From Candidatus Poribacteria bacterium (GTDB lineage Bacteria > Poribacteria > WGA-4E > PCPOR2b), in assembly GCA_965208675.1 (NCBI GenBank), contig OZ242351.1:3072001-3136000 (forward strand): a DNA stretch of 64,000 nt. Direction: 5' to 3'. Below, piece by piece: positions 17,977 through 28,312 of the stretch (within the stretch, counting starts at the first letter, position 1; each line of letters starts with the position of its first letter). Under the pieces are notes generated by a model. That model was not told where the DNA came from and made no database searches. It worked only from the letters and a program-made list of their open reading frames with translations. The translations under genes were made by a program, and so were the position numbers.

Positions 17977-20190
17977 ATGAATACCCAATTATTGATAAAA
18001 TGGATGTCTACGCTTATCCTGTCGATAGTCATAATCTATTGCCGCTATCCCGTTGCGTACGCGCTAGATTCCGCCGAATTTGAACAAGCCGTTGAACGCT
18101 ACCGAAATCGGGTTCGCAAGGATCCGAAAAACCTGGCGTTGCACCGCGAACTGATCGCACATGCGCAGCAAACCGGCCGATTAGACATTCCACTGCAAAT
18201 ATACAAAAACGCATACCTAAAGCAACCGGCAAATTCAATTGTCCTCTACGTCTTAGGATATACCTATATCAGGGAGGGATCCGAAACGTCCCTCATGGAA
18301 GCAGTAAAATTGCTAGAAATGGCAATAGAAAAGCGGCCTCAGTTTGCAGACGCTTATGCGGCATTGGGTGAGTGCTTTGCAGCTCGGGGGAATACCAAAA
18401 AGGCAATCGAAGCCTATAAAAGGAGTGTCCAGCTTAATCCCAACCTCTGGGAGGCTCACCTAAAACTGGGGAATTACCATCGAGATGCGAAAAACTATCA
18501 AAGCGCAATCGAACACTACACAAAATCCCTCGGCGCACGTCCCAAGAATCCCGTAATCCATTTTGAACTCGGCGCACTGTACCGAAAAACTGGAGACCTT
18601 CAATCTGCGCGCCAAGCTTTCACACTAGCAATAAAACATGACAAAGGTTACGCTGATGCCTACTATCAGTTGGGACAAATTTACGCTTTGCAGCAAAAAC
18701 CGAAAGACGCGCTGAAGCAATATCGCAAAGGGCGCGAGTTCGACCCAAAAAACGCCAAAGTCCGCTATCAGCTCGCACTCATCTTCCTGGACGGTGACGA
18801 CGGGCGTAACGCAATCTTAGCGCTGCGGAGTGCATTAGCCGTGGATTCCAAATACGCGGAATATGTGAATCTGCTGAACAATGTTAGCACGTTGGATGCA
18901 GTGGAAATCGCTGCGCAAATTCTTCAAAAACACCCTGACAATGCGGAACTTCAGCACTTCTTAGGCATGCTCTACCTAAAACTCGGCCAAACGCAAATCG
19001 CCCAAACTCATCTCGAACGTGCGAAAGCGCTCGATCCAAACAATGCTGACGTGCGGTTCACCCTCGCTGAAAGTTATGAGCAGAAAGCGCCCGACACAGC
19101 GATCGAAGAGTATAAGCAGGCGGCAGAACTCGGTAAAACCAGTCTCGATCTCCTGTTAAAACTGGCTGAAAGCTACCAGCAGGAAAAAAACTTTGAAGAG
19201 TTTCAAGGGATTGCCCAGCAGATTTTGGCGATTGATGCAAAGCAGCCGGAAATCCATTATCAACTGTCAAATTTTTATGATGAAAAATCCAATCGGAAAA
19301 AGCAAGCTGGTGAAGTAGAAGAAGCAGAAACGCTATTTAAGTTGGCAATCGAACATGCGAATAAAGCGTCCGAGCAATCTCCTAATGTTGCAGCCTACCA
19401 TCTCAAACTCGCGGGTTTTTATGATCGGCAGAAGCAACTCAAAGCAATTCGTCTCTATGACAAAGTAATTGAACTAGACCCATTTAACGCAGAAGCGTAT
19501 TACCGACGTGGGCTGTTCATGTCCAATTTCACATTTGGTGAGGCGAAGTTATTGCTCTATGATCCCGAAGATGTCATGGACGACTTGCAAAAAGCCATAA
19601 AACTCGACCCGAATTTAGCCGGCGCACACTACGCCCTTGGGGTCGCTCACGACCGGATGGGCGACGTCCAGAAAGCCATGGTTGAATTCGAGAAAGCAGG
19701 AAACCTTGATCACAGCAATCCAAGGCCTCATCTTTATCTCGGCGAAAAATATGCCAATTCCGGACAGTTCCACCTGGCGATAGCCGCTTTCGCGAAAGCC
19801 GTCAAAGCGGATCCGGAAAATGTTGAAGCCCTTAAAGACTACGCCTTCTTGTGCCTAGCCCACGATGAGGAACGCGGGTGGCGGCAGGCAAAACGCGCCC
19901 TTGAAAAAGCCATTCAAATTCGACCTAACGACGCAGAAATCCTGATGAATTACGGATACACGCTCTACCTCAGCAAAAATAATAATGAAGCGATTGCCCA
20001 TTATCTGCGCTCAATTGAACTCAAACCCGATTGGCCGCTAAGCCGCTACAATCTTGCAATCGCTTATGAGCAAATTGGCAAAAAAGAACTCGCCTTGGCA
20101 GAATATCAGAAAGTAGTCAAACTCGATCCGGAAGGGCTTCAAACCGAAAAAGCGTTGAAACGTATCCAAATATTGACGGGAAAACAATAA
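17977..20190 (+). CDS. Exported tetratricopeptide-repeat protein
   Basis: Signal peptide, RBS AAGGAGG, many TPR units (AYAALGECF..AIEAYKRSVQLNP). Confidence 0.9.
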   Translation: MNTQLLIKWMSTLILSIVIIYCRYPVAYALDSAEFEQAVERYRNRVRKDPKNLALHRELIAHAQQTGRLDIPLQIYKNAYLKQPANSIVLYVLGYTYIREGSETSLMEAVKLLEMAIEKRPQFADAYAALGECFAARGNTKKAIEAYKRSVQLNPNLWEAHLKLGNYHRDAKNYQSAIEHYTKSLGARPKNPVIHFELGALYRKTGDLQSARQAFTLAIKHDKGYADAYYQLGQIYALQQKPKDALKQYRKGREFDPKNAKVRYQLALIFLDGDDGRNAILALRSALAVDSKYAEYVNLLNNVSTLDAVEIAAQILQKHPDNAELQHFLGMLYLKLGQTQIAQTHLERAKALDPNNADVRFTLAESYEQKAPDTAIEEYKQAAELGKTSLDLLLKLAESYQQEKNFEEFQGIAQQILAIDAKQPEIHYQLSNFYDEKSNRKKQAGEVEEAETLFKLAIEHANKASEQSPNVAAYHLKLAGFYDRQKQLKAIRLYDKVIELDPFNAEAYYRRGLFMSNFTFGEAKLLLYDPEDVMDDLQKAIKLDPNLAGAHYALGVAHDRMGDVQKAMVEFEKAGNLDHSNPRPHLYLGEKYANSGQFHLAIAAFAKAVKADPENVEALKDYAFLCLAHDEERGWRQAKRALEKAIQIRPNDAEILMNYGYTLYLSKNNNEAIAHYLRSIELKPDWPLSRYNLAIAYEQIGKKELALAEYQKVVKLDPEGLQTEKALKRIQILTGKQ

Positions 20191-20241
20191 TGCAAAAGAA
20201 GGATCAACTTAGAACATGCACAGTGGCGCACCCAAATCACC

Positions 20242-20266
20242 GTAGGAGCGATCTCCGAATCGCGAC
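20242..20266 (+). repeat. GTAG-type REP (GTAGGAGCGATCTCCGAATCGCGAC)
   Basis: Near-identical inverted copies at 56722-56746 and 56850-56874. Confidence 0.75.
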
Positions 20267-20409
20267 CGCTTTGCTCATGCAAAACTCGTTCATACACAAA
20301 ACCAATAAATCAACGGCGATACAACGAATTGTGTTAATGCTTCATGCGCAATTCTTCGTCAAAACCCTGAAAACCCAATTTATACGCATTAAAATGGAGG
20401 TTTATCATC

Positions 20410-20832
20410 ATGCCACAACCCTTACCATTACAGTCAATCAATCACGTGTCCTTCGATGTCGCTGACCTCGAAGCGAGTATGGCGTTCTATCGCGATGTAC
20501 TTGGATTCCAGCGAATTCGCCGCCCGCACTTCCCTTTAGCACCGGGCATTTGGCTGTACAACTATGGACTTCAACTCCACCTAAAGCAGCCGAGGCACAC
20601 AAAGTTTAACGAAGAATCTCAAGAGCGCAATCTCTCAGTCACCGCCGATCATATCGCTTTTTATGTTCAAGACACCGATGAAGTCGAACGCTTGCTAAAG
20701 GAACATAACATCCCATACAGAGCTTTGTTCGTTGAGGAGGCGGGCATCACAATGGTGTTTTTTCAAGACCCCGACGGAAACCATCTTGAGGCCGGCACTT
20801 ACCCGCCGCCTGTCGAGTTTGTGGAAGGTTGA
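20410..20832 (+). CDS. VOC/glyoxalase family protein
   Basis: INHVSFDVADLEASMAFYRDVLGF, DHIAF, FFQDPDGNHLE. Confidence 0.9.
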   Translation: MPQPLPLQSINHVSFDVADLEASMAFYRDVLGFQRIRRPHFPLAPGIWLYNYGLQLHLKQPRHTKFNEESQERNLSVTADHIAFYVQDTDEVERLLKEHNIPYRALFVEEAGITMVFFQDPDGNHLEAGTYPPPVEFVEG

Positions 20833-20834
20833 AC

Positions 20835-21335
20835 ATGGCACTTCGACGCAAACGCAAAACCGAATCTGAACGCGAAACTAATGCTTCACATGCGGAAAAT
20901 TTTCCAAACGCGCTCCATGCTAATAAATACAGTATACGATTTGATATCCTTCCAGAGATTTCCTACCTAGACATTCAACAGTGTAGGCTAATTGCTGACA
21001 TTTTACCCCTATGCAAAGGCTTTCCCGACGCGGTGTGGCTCTCGCAGCAAAAAGTTGAAGAAGGGCTTGATTCCTGTAGTGTCAACTTTTGGGCTTTTAC
21101 CAAAGAATCCGAAGCGATAAAGGAATTTGCAATCTGGTTTGAGAGTTTTTTCAGAGATGCATCTGTTTCTCAATTTTTGGAACGCTTCGTTGAGCATGCC
21201 CTTGAAAAAGCCGGGGACGAAGAAGTCATACTTGCAAATTGGTCTCGTATCCATGCGGCCGAAGATGAAGTCAAAACCATCGTCAAACGCGAAATCGAGA
21301 TGTCAAGTGAGAATAATTCGACACTTGACTGTTAG
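20835..21335 (+). CDS. Hypothetical protein
   Basis: Uninterrupted ORF directly after the VOC gene; RBS GGAAGG before ATG 20835; no recognised motif. Confidence 0.6.
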   Translation: MALRRKRKTESERETNASHAENFPNALHANKYSIRFDILPEISYLDIQQCRLIADILPLCKGFPDAVWLSQQKVEEGLDSCSVNFWAFTKESEAIKEFAIWFESFFRDASVSQFLERFVEHALEKAGDEEVILANWSRIHAAEDEVKTIVKREIEMSSENNSTLDC

Positions 21336-21417
21336 CACATAGAGCCATAAAGGTCGCATGCGAAATTAACAGCCTGCCGGTCAGCATCTTGTTGGCCATT
21401 TCCAATTCAAAGGGAAA

Positions 21418-23292
21418 ATGTCGTTTGTCCGTGCAATAATTCTGGGTATCGTGTTGATACCAATCAATCTGCACTGGCTCATGCATGCTGAGTCGCTCCA
21501 TCCGCCCGTCTACTCAACCCTCTTTACCCTCTTTTACAATGTGACATTCACCCTCTTTGTCCTTGTGGTGTTGAATGCGCTGCTAAAAAAATATTCACCA
21601 AAGTTCGCATTTCAACCCGGTGAACTTCTAATCGTCTACGTCATGTTGTCGATCGGAACGGGTATCTTTGGACATGACCTAATGATTGTCTTTGCGCCAA
21701 CATTGACCGCCTTCTGGTTCGCAACGCCGGAAAATGAATGGTCGGTCCTATTCCGGCAGCATCTGCCTGAATGGCTCTTTGTCTCTGACGAGAAGGCGCT
21801 GCTGGCGTTCCACGAAGGTGAATCATCGCTCTATATCGCTAAACATATCAACGCATGGCTGGTTCCCGTCGCAATCTGGGGTAGCTTTTTAATCGTGCTG
21901 CTATTCGTTTTGGTGTGCATGAACGCACTCATCCGTAAACAGTGGGCGGAAAATGAAAGGTTATCTTACCCGGTAATCCAACTGCCGCTGGAGTTGGCAA
22001 GTGGCGGTACGGGGTTGCTTGCTAATCCTCGCTTGTGGATCGGCTTCGCAGTCGCCGGCAGTTTGGATTTAATCAACGGTCTTCATGGGCTTTTTCCGTC
22101 ATTCCCCAATTTCAAACTGGTTCAAGACCTCCGCCCGCTTTTCACAACCCAGCCTTGGAATGCCATCGGTTGGACGCCCATAGCAGTCTACCCCTTTGTG
22201 GTGGGATTGGGGTATTTTCTGCCGGTCAATCTTGCGTTTTCCGCATGGTTCTTTCACGTATTCTGGAAGGCAGAACTCATTTGTCGGAATGCAATTGGAC
22301 TGTGGAGCACACCCGGCCCGTATCGGAGCTTTACGACATCGGGTGCATGGATGATTCTCACACTGTTCGTATTATGGAACAGTCGGAAATACCTCATTCA
22401 GGTGGTCCGGTGGTCAATTCGTGGTACCCCATCGTCAGTGGCTGCCAACGAGCCGATGACGTATCGAGCTGCAAGCCTTGGAATGATATCGGGCACAATT
22501 ATATTGGTGTTATTCCTCGCCTACGCGGGGATGTCCGTCTGGGTAGCAACCCTTTTCCTTCTAATCTACTTCCTTTATATGGTAGCCATCGCTCGCATCC
22601 GCGCCGAAATCGGTCCCCCAGCCCACGACGCTGAATGGATGGGGCCAGAACAACTCCTCCTGAACAGTTTTGGTGCGAGTCGTATTGGCCCTCGTAATAT
22701 TGCCATGTTTACTCGACTCTATTGGATGAGTCGAGCGTATCGCTCACATCCGGTCGGGCACCAGTTGGAAGGGTTTAGAATTGCACAGGTAATCAGGGCG
22801 CCAAGCCGCATATACCTAGCGGCGATGATAATTGCATCAGTGGTTGGAACTTTCGCCGGCTTTTGGGCATATACACACAATCTGTATGAACATGGAGCAG
22901 GATCTGGTGGCAGCTTGGGGGCAGAAGCGTTTCGACGGTTGCAGGTCTGGCTGCAAAACCCGGGAGCGCGCAACGATATGATGCTCAGGGAGGTCGGATT
23001 GGGAGCTGCCGTGACCTTCCTCCTGATGGTATTACATCAGCGATTCGTAGGATTTCCTTTTCACCCGGTCGGTTATGCCGTCGCTTGCGGTTGGGTAATG
23101 AGTGCCGCCTGGTTTTCGGTCTTTCTGGCGTGGTTGGTTAAATGGACAATCCTGAAGTTTGGCGGTATTCGGCTCTACCGCCAGATGGTGCCGTTCTTTT
23201 TAGGAGTAATTCTAGGTCAACACGTCGTCGGAGGGTCATGGACAATCATCCGCGAAATTGTGGGTGGATACGGGTATCGGTTCTTTCCCTAG
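21418..23292 (+). CDS. Polytopic membrane protein (DUF6785/DUF6784-like putative peptide transporter)
   Basis: Many TM helices; motifs FATPENEW, RKQWAENERLSYPVIQLP, RIRAEIGPPAHD, FPFHPVGYA. Confidence 0.7.
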   Translation: MSFVRAIILGIVLIPINLHWLMHAESLHPPVYSTLFTLFYNVTFTLFVLVVLNALLKKYSPKFAFQPGELLIVYVMLSIGTGIFGHDLMIVFAPTLTAFWFATPENEWSVLFRQHLPEWLFVSDEKALLAFHEGESSLYIAKHINAWLVPVAIWGSFLIVLLFVLVCMNALIRKQWAENERLSYPVIQLPLELASGGTGLLANPRLWIGFAVAGSLDLINGLHGLFPSFPNFKLVQDLRPLFTTQPWNAIGWTPIAVYPFVVGLGYFLPVNLAFSAWFFHVFWKAELICRNAIGLWSTPGPYRSFTTSGAWMILTLFVLWNSRKYLIQVVRWSIRGTPSSVAANEPMTYRAASLGMISGTIILVLFLAYAGMSVWVATLFLLIYFLYMVAIARIRAEIGPPAHDAEWMGPEQLLLNSFGASRIGPRNIAMFTRLYWMSRAYRSHPVGHQLEGFRIAQVIRAPSRIYLAAMIIASVVGTFAGFWAYTHNLYEHGAGSGGSLGAEAFRRLQVWLQNPGARNDMMLREVGLGAAVTFLLMVLHQRFVGFPFHPVGYAVACGWVMSAAWFSVFLAWLVKWTILKFGGIRLYRQMVPFFLGVILGQHVVGGSWTIIREIVGGYGYRFFP

Positions 23293-23539
23293 GTTTCTTG
23301 ACATCTAAGTCAGGTTTGTGCTAGATTTGCTGACGATCTGGACGTTCTACCGCGTCTTCACCAAAAGGATAATGGAGTATTCCCGCATATCCTATCGCTC
23401 TGAGCAGTTAGCGATCCGTTATTTTGGATTTCCTAACTTGTAACCATCCTTGTCCAGTTACGTTAAAATATTTACAGCACCCAAATACAATTCAAACTAT
23501 TTTGCGGATTGCGTTACCTTAAACAGCACGTTATGAGTT

Positions 23540-23556
23540 TCGGCATAAGTCATGCT
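23540..23556 (+). promoter_or_regulatory. Candidate sigma54 promoter
   Basis: TCGGCATAAGTCATGCT has GG-N10-GC spacing; GTAAC-N12-GTTAC palindrome ~90 bp upstream (23440-23461). Confidence 0.45.
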
Positions 23557-23713
23557 TGGCGTTCGAGGAAAAAAATGACTCAAAATCTTGAAGGAGGTAA
23601 ATCGGTGGATGTAGGAGCAAGACCTTTAATTCACGGAGGCTAATCAGATAACTCCATAGACCGTTTCACTTTGCCGCCAGTCTGGTCTTGCCGCCAGTTC
23701 TACTAGAGTAGGT

Positions 23714-25933
23714 ATGATTAACAAACCGTCAGTTGTTCTATTCCTTGCCCTGTGTATTTTAGTGAATTGTTGTATGGTTTCAAATCTACATGCGGACACT
23801 GTTTTGGAAGGCGCACTCGCGTTGATAGACCAAGAAAACTACGCTGAGGCCGCCCTACAATTAGAACCGCTGCTGCAAACATCAATTCAAGAATTGAATG
23901 TAAATTCGGAGGAAATTCATCACGTCCTCGCACACTGCTACGAAAAACAGGAAAAATGGAACGAGGCCGTCCAACATTACCAAAAAGCCGTTGCGCCCGC
24001 CAATGAGTTGGCTGATTATGCACTTTTTCGGCTAGCCAAAGCATATCATCAAATGGGCGATTATCCAAGCGCGCTAATCTGGTATCAACGTTTAATTGAT
24101 GAATATCCACGAAGTTTCCATTTCGGCGAAGCGAATTTTGAGATTGCAAAGGTGTACCAACAGCAGAACGACTATGAAAAAGCGCTCGACTCTTTGTCTA
24201 ACTTGATAGACAACAAAGGGAGCGGCTATGTTAGGCAATCACTTTATGAACGAGGATTGGTTTACGAAGCATTGGGTAAACGGAAGCAAGCCTTACTCAC
24301 TTATCAACAACTTACCAATGCCGATCCAACCGACGAGGTCGCCAAGAACGCACTGGATCGAATTAAGAAACTAGTGAAAGCACATCCTAATTATAAAATT
24401 AGTCGTACCCAACGCATGAACCAGGGGTTAGTGCTTTACCATCATAGCAACTGGGCAGGGGCTCGCGCAGAATTTGAAAGAGTTGCAGCCGGTTACAAGG
24501 ATTCACTCGCAGGTCGAGCTACCTACTATGTCGGTCGGAGTTACTACCGGCAGCGGCGGTACGATTCCGCAATCAAGGCATTCAACAAGGTGGGTTCGCT
24601 GTACCCGGAAAGCGGTTATTTGACGCGGGCGCTATATCAAACAACACTTTGCTATCGCCGCTCGGAACAGCCCGATATGGCGCAAAAGCGGTTAAAAGCT
24701 TTCCTCGAACAATACGCGTGGAGTGCGTTAGCGGATGATGCGCATTACGATCTCGGTTGGGTGCAACAGAACCAAGAACAATATGACGAAGCAATCGCGA
24801 CCTATCGCCGCATGACACAGAAATATCGCAGCAGCGATTTAGTATCCCAAGCATATTGGCGCATTGGATGGATTCAATTTAAGAAAAAACGATATGCAGA
24901 GTGCATCGAAACCTTCGCCGCCTTGCTGGAACAATACCCAGACAGTGCGTTTAGCACAGCCGCGCACTTTTGGATAGCCAAGAGTCACGAGCGTCAGAAT
25001 CAGTGGGAAGCAGCCGAAAAAGTGTACCGCGAAAACGTTGCAGCCAACCACTGGTATTATGCGGACCGAGCACGGGCTATCCTTAAGAATGGGCCTCAGG
25101 GAGGTGTAGTCTCTCTGAACACCACTGAATCACGGGCAAATGTCGCGCCCAACAATTCGGTCTGGAAAGATATCGGATCAAAGAAAACGCCGCGCGCTGC
25201 AAAATTGATGCAGCTCAGGCTTTACGAAGATGCGCTCACCGAACTCAAGGGAACCATTCGTGTTGATAGGTCCAACCTTCAAGATAGTTACTATAACCTG
25301 ATTGTCTGCTATCAGAAACTCAAAGAATTTCAGAAAGCAATCATATATGCGGATAAGCTGGCAAGTTTTGAAATGCTGCAAGATGAAAACGAAGCTATTC
25401 CAATCGAACTGTACCAACTGCGTTATCCGCTCTATTACGGAGAAATCATCCAGAGGCATTCACAAGCATACGAGATTGACCCGCTGTTCGTGGCTTCCAT
25501 GATTCGTGAAGAGAGCCGTTATAATGCAGATATCGCTTCTTGGGCGGGAGCGCTGGGATTAATGCAAATCATGCCTGCAACCGGTCAGGATCTCGCCCGG
25601 CGTCTCAGAATTCGCCACTTCCGCACTGCCATGCTTCTGAATCCGGAGATAAACATTCAGATGGGCACATGGTACATGAAACACCTGATGGATAAATTTG
25701 AAAACAACCATGCGCTCGTTGCCGGAGCATACAACGGCGGTCCCGGCCGCATTCAACGATGGTTAAATGAAATGGACGTTTCCGATTTCGACGAATTCAT
25801 TGAGGATATTTCGATTACTGAAACCCGCCGCCATATCAAGAAAGTCATCGATAGCTACCGCATCTATAAGGAACTCTACTCAGAACACAATCTTCCCGCG
25901 GCGCCCCCAAAAATTATAGGTGACAAGGGGTAA
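23714..25933 (+). CDS. TPR-containing soluble lytic transglycosylase (Slt-like)
   Basis: Signal peptide and TPRs; C-terminal MIREESRY, GALGLMQIMPAT, AYNGGPG, ETRRHIKKV. Confidence 0.9.
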   Translation: MINKPSVVLFLALCILVNCCMVSNLHADTVLEGALALIDQENYAEAALQLEPLLQTSIQELNVNSEEIHHVLAHCYEKQEKWNEAVQHYQKAVAPANELADYALFRLAKAYHQMGDYPSALIWYQRLIDEYPRSFHFGEANFEIAKVYQQQNDYEKALDSLSNLIDNKGSGYVRQSLYERGLVYEALGKRKQALLTYQQLTNADPTDEVAKNALDRIKKLVKAHPNYKISRTQRMNQGLVLYHHSNWAGARAEFERVAAGYKDSLAGRATYYVGRSYYRQRRYDSAIKAFNKVGSLYPESGYLTRALYQTTLCYRRSEQPDMAQKRLKAFLEQYAWSALADDAHYDLGWVQQNQEQYDEAIATYRRMTQKYRSSDLVSQAYWRIGWIQFKKKRYAECIETFAALLEQYPDSAFSTAAHFWIAKSHERQNQWEAAEKVYRENVAANHWYYADRARAILKNGPQGGVVSLNTTESRANVAPNNSVWKDIGSKKTPRAAKLMQLRLYEDALTELKGTIRVDRSNLQDSYYNLIVCYQKLKEFQKAIIYADKLASFEMLQDENEAIPIELYQLRYPLYYGEIIQRHSQAYEIDPLFVASMIREESRYNADIASWAGALGLMQIMPATGQDLARRLRIRHFRTAMLLNPEINIQMGTWYMKHLMDKFENNHALVAGAYNGGPGRIQRWLNEMDVSDFDEFIEDISITETRRHIKKVIDSYRIYKELYSEHNLPAAPPKIIGDKG

Positions 25934-27080
25934 AAACCTTCAACCAATTTCGGCGATGCCAACAATCATGATCGTTGCCGGAGAGCCATCCGGCGATCTG
26001 CATGCCTCTCGCGTTGCGTCCAAACTCAACGACCTTGCTCCCGGTATCCATCTCGTCGGTATGGGGGGAGATTTGATGGAACAGTCCGGCGTCAGCCTAA
26101 TCTTTCACATTCGCGACTCCGCCGTAATGGGGTTTGGCGAAGTTGTTGCTTCCATACCCGCATTTCTGAAGAAACGCAGACATCTAAAGCGATACATCCG
26201 CGAAACAAAACCTGACGCCCTGCTCTTGGTAGATTTCGCCGAATTTAACGTAGGGTTAGCGCGTTTCGCCAATCGACAGAGTATTCCCGTAATCTACTAC
26301 ATTCCTCCCAAAGCTTGGGCGTGGCGTCCGCATCGCGCCAAAAAGATAGCCAAATACGCTACTATCGTTGCATCAATCTTTCCTTTCGAGGCAACATTCT
26401 ACCGTCATGCGGGCGCAAACACGACGTTTGTAGGGCATCCACTCGTGGACTTCGCCCAATCAAACCTGAGTCGCGAGGAAGCCCGCCGCACGCTGAACTT
26501 ACGCGAAAACTCGCCCGTCCTAGGGTTAATGCCGGGCAGCCGCCGCCGGGAAGTTGACCGGTTACTCCCAGTCATGCTAGAGGCCGCCCGACACATCCGC
26601 GAATCCGTGCCGGATTGTCAGTTTATCCTTCCGCTCGCACCTAGTATCCATCCGGAGTCCCTGCCGAAAATGCCGTTCGTAAACCTTGTTAAAGGGAACA
26701 CCTATGATTCAATGAGAGCCTCAGACCTGATGATGATAGCATCGGGGACAGCCACTCTCGAAGCAGCCTGTTTAGGAACTCCGATGATCGTACTATATAA
26801 AATGTCGCGGTCGAGTTGGTGGATTATAAAATCGCTCGCTGCCATAGACAGGAGCGCTTTGCCGAACATCATCGCAGGGCGGGAAATCGTTCCGGAACTC
26901 CTCCAGAACGATGCACAACCGTCGCAAATTACCCCCATTGCGCTTAAGTTGCTGCAGTCTTTAGAAGCGCGGCAATCTCAACAGGAGGAACTCCGCAAGG
27001 TTCACGCACAACTTGGCAATCCCGGTGCGGCTGAGCGTACAGCCCAGATAGTCCTAGATTGCCTAGCAATTACACCTTAA
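25920..27080 (+). CDS. lpxB: Lipid-A-disaccharide synthase
   Basis: VAGEPSGDLHA, PPKAWAWR, IFPFE, FVGHPL, LMPGSRRRE, ASGTATLE, LPNIIAGREIVPELLQ. Confidence 0.95.
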   Translation: MTRGKNLQPISAMPTIMIVAGEPSGDLHASRVASKLNDLAPGIHLVGMGGDLMEQSGVSLIFHIRDSAVMGFGEVVASIPAFLKKRRHLKRYIRETKPDALLLVDFAEFNVGLARFANRQSIPVIYYIPPKAWAWRPHRAKKIAKYATIVASIFPFEATFYRHAGANTTFVGHPLVDFAQSNLSREEARRTLNLRENSPVLGLMPGSRRREVDRLLPVMLEAARHIRESVPDCQFILPLAPSIHPESLPKMPFVNLVKGNTYDSMRASDLMMIASGTATLEAACLGTPMIVLYKMSRSSWWIIKSLAAIDRSALPNIIAGREIVPELLQNDAQPSQITPIALKLLQSLEARQSQQEELRKVHAQLGNPGAAERTAQIVLDCLAITP

Positions 27081-27122
27081 TGGACTAGCATAACTGTCTA
27101 AACATTGGGGGTAAGCAAAAAC

Positions 27123-27448
27123 TTTATGTCACCACTGCGGACCGTTCCGCAGTTCAAAGTGTTACTTAATGGCTATCTTATGAGCAAATTGTGTGCCAAG
27201 ACGAATATTTCCCCGCAATTCAAGCTCCGTTTGGACTCGGAAACCCTTGTGTGACAAGGGATCTGGGCAGTTAATTTTTTTTCAGACTGAGACGGCAGCG
27301 TCCTGACGCGGTAGGCAAAGGGGTGCGCCAAATGTCCACACGATTCGGTAAAATTGGGGAGAAATAGCGCGTGAAGCCTTGCTAGGTAAGGGTTTTGGGG
27401 GATGTGCGCCAAAAGTGTGCAATAGCGCCAAATGTCGCACCCCTTTTG
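27123..27448 (-). repeat. sigma54 promoter/enhancer cassette, copy A (orphan)
   Basis: Collinear with 60939-61258 and inverted-homologous to 31261-31528; TTGGCACACAATTTGCT on the minus strand at 27183-27199. Confidence 0.85.
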
Positions 27449-27653
27449 GCGAGAAGGAATGTCCGTAGAAGAAATCGAACCCGGCGCCGTTCAAAAATAC
27501 TAAGCTAAGCCTAGAACGCTCTGAAAGGAAACACAAGGTGTGTTAAAGCGGTCCAACCGATAGCTACCGGAGCGTCCACTGGAACTTGGAAGGATGGAAG
27601 TGTGGAGCGTATGGGATTGGAATTTTCGGAATTGCTGGGCTCACTTTAGAAGC

Positions 27654-27686
27654 GTTGCGTTTCGCCTTCCGCTCAATTCAAGCTAC
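27654..27686 (-). repeat. Short, insert-free variant of the GTAGGTTGGGTAGAGCG...CGAAACCCAAC REP
   Basis: Minus strand reads GTAGCTTGAATTGAGCGGAAGGCGAAACGCAAC. Confidence 0.6.
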
Positions 27687-27708
27687 AAGAGTTTGTTCTA
27701 CTTCACTT

Positions 27709-28113
27709 TCACTCAATGAGATGCCCCATAAAAACGTAGATGTCCAGACTATACGGGTGATAGAATATCCATGCTCTCCGGTCATACTGGTCGATAAAAT
27801 CAAGGAATTTTTGTTTATCGCCTGGCGGAAAGTACCTGGCTGTAAGTTGTTCATCAACACTTCTGCTCCAATCATATTTTACATACTCTTCGAAACCTTC
27901 GGGCGCATGGTCGTATAGATTATAGGTACGTGTTACTTCCTCCATCTCCAAGGCAGGCGAGCCTAACCGTTCGTGTTCTTCCCCCTAATTTTCTCGGTCT
28001 GCTTTCCACGCGCAGTTTGAAAGACTGAGCGACAGCAACAAAAATCCAACCCCGGTAGCAATCATTGAAGTTGTCAAAAACTTGTGCCAGTAAAACTGTT
28101 TTTGTTCTTTCAT
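27709..28113 (-). pseudogene. Lipoprotein gene interrupted by an in-frame TAG (27985-27987)
   Basis: RBS AGGAGG, ATG 28113; MKEQKQFYWHKFLTTSMIATGVGFLLLSLSLSN-C-AWKADREN*GEEHERLGSPALEMEEV... in frame with ORF 27709..27951. Confidence 0.7.
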
Positions 28114-28312
28114 CGTGGCCTCCTAATTCTCCATAAACAATGATAAATCGCTGCAACACGCCATCGCAACGCTCCTCCGGAAAACAAGCATTTGAGAATT
28201 GGACAAAGGACTTGGAATCCGCCGCCATTCTCCCGGCTGCGAATCGCATATCGAAGATTTTAAGGAACTAACAGAATCGCGGTCTAGACAATATCGGCAA
28301 CAACAATCAACT

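Noticed and set aside
20190-20465. 91-aa ORF after the TPR gene
   Set aside because: It spans a REP and overlaps the VOC start out of frame; no protein-like motif.
27173-27536. Small ORFs here and at 31264-31548 and 60918-61336 that resemble each other
   Set aside because: The similarity comes from the non-coding promoter cassette; reading frames and lengths are not conserved.
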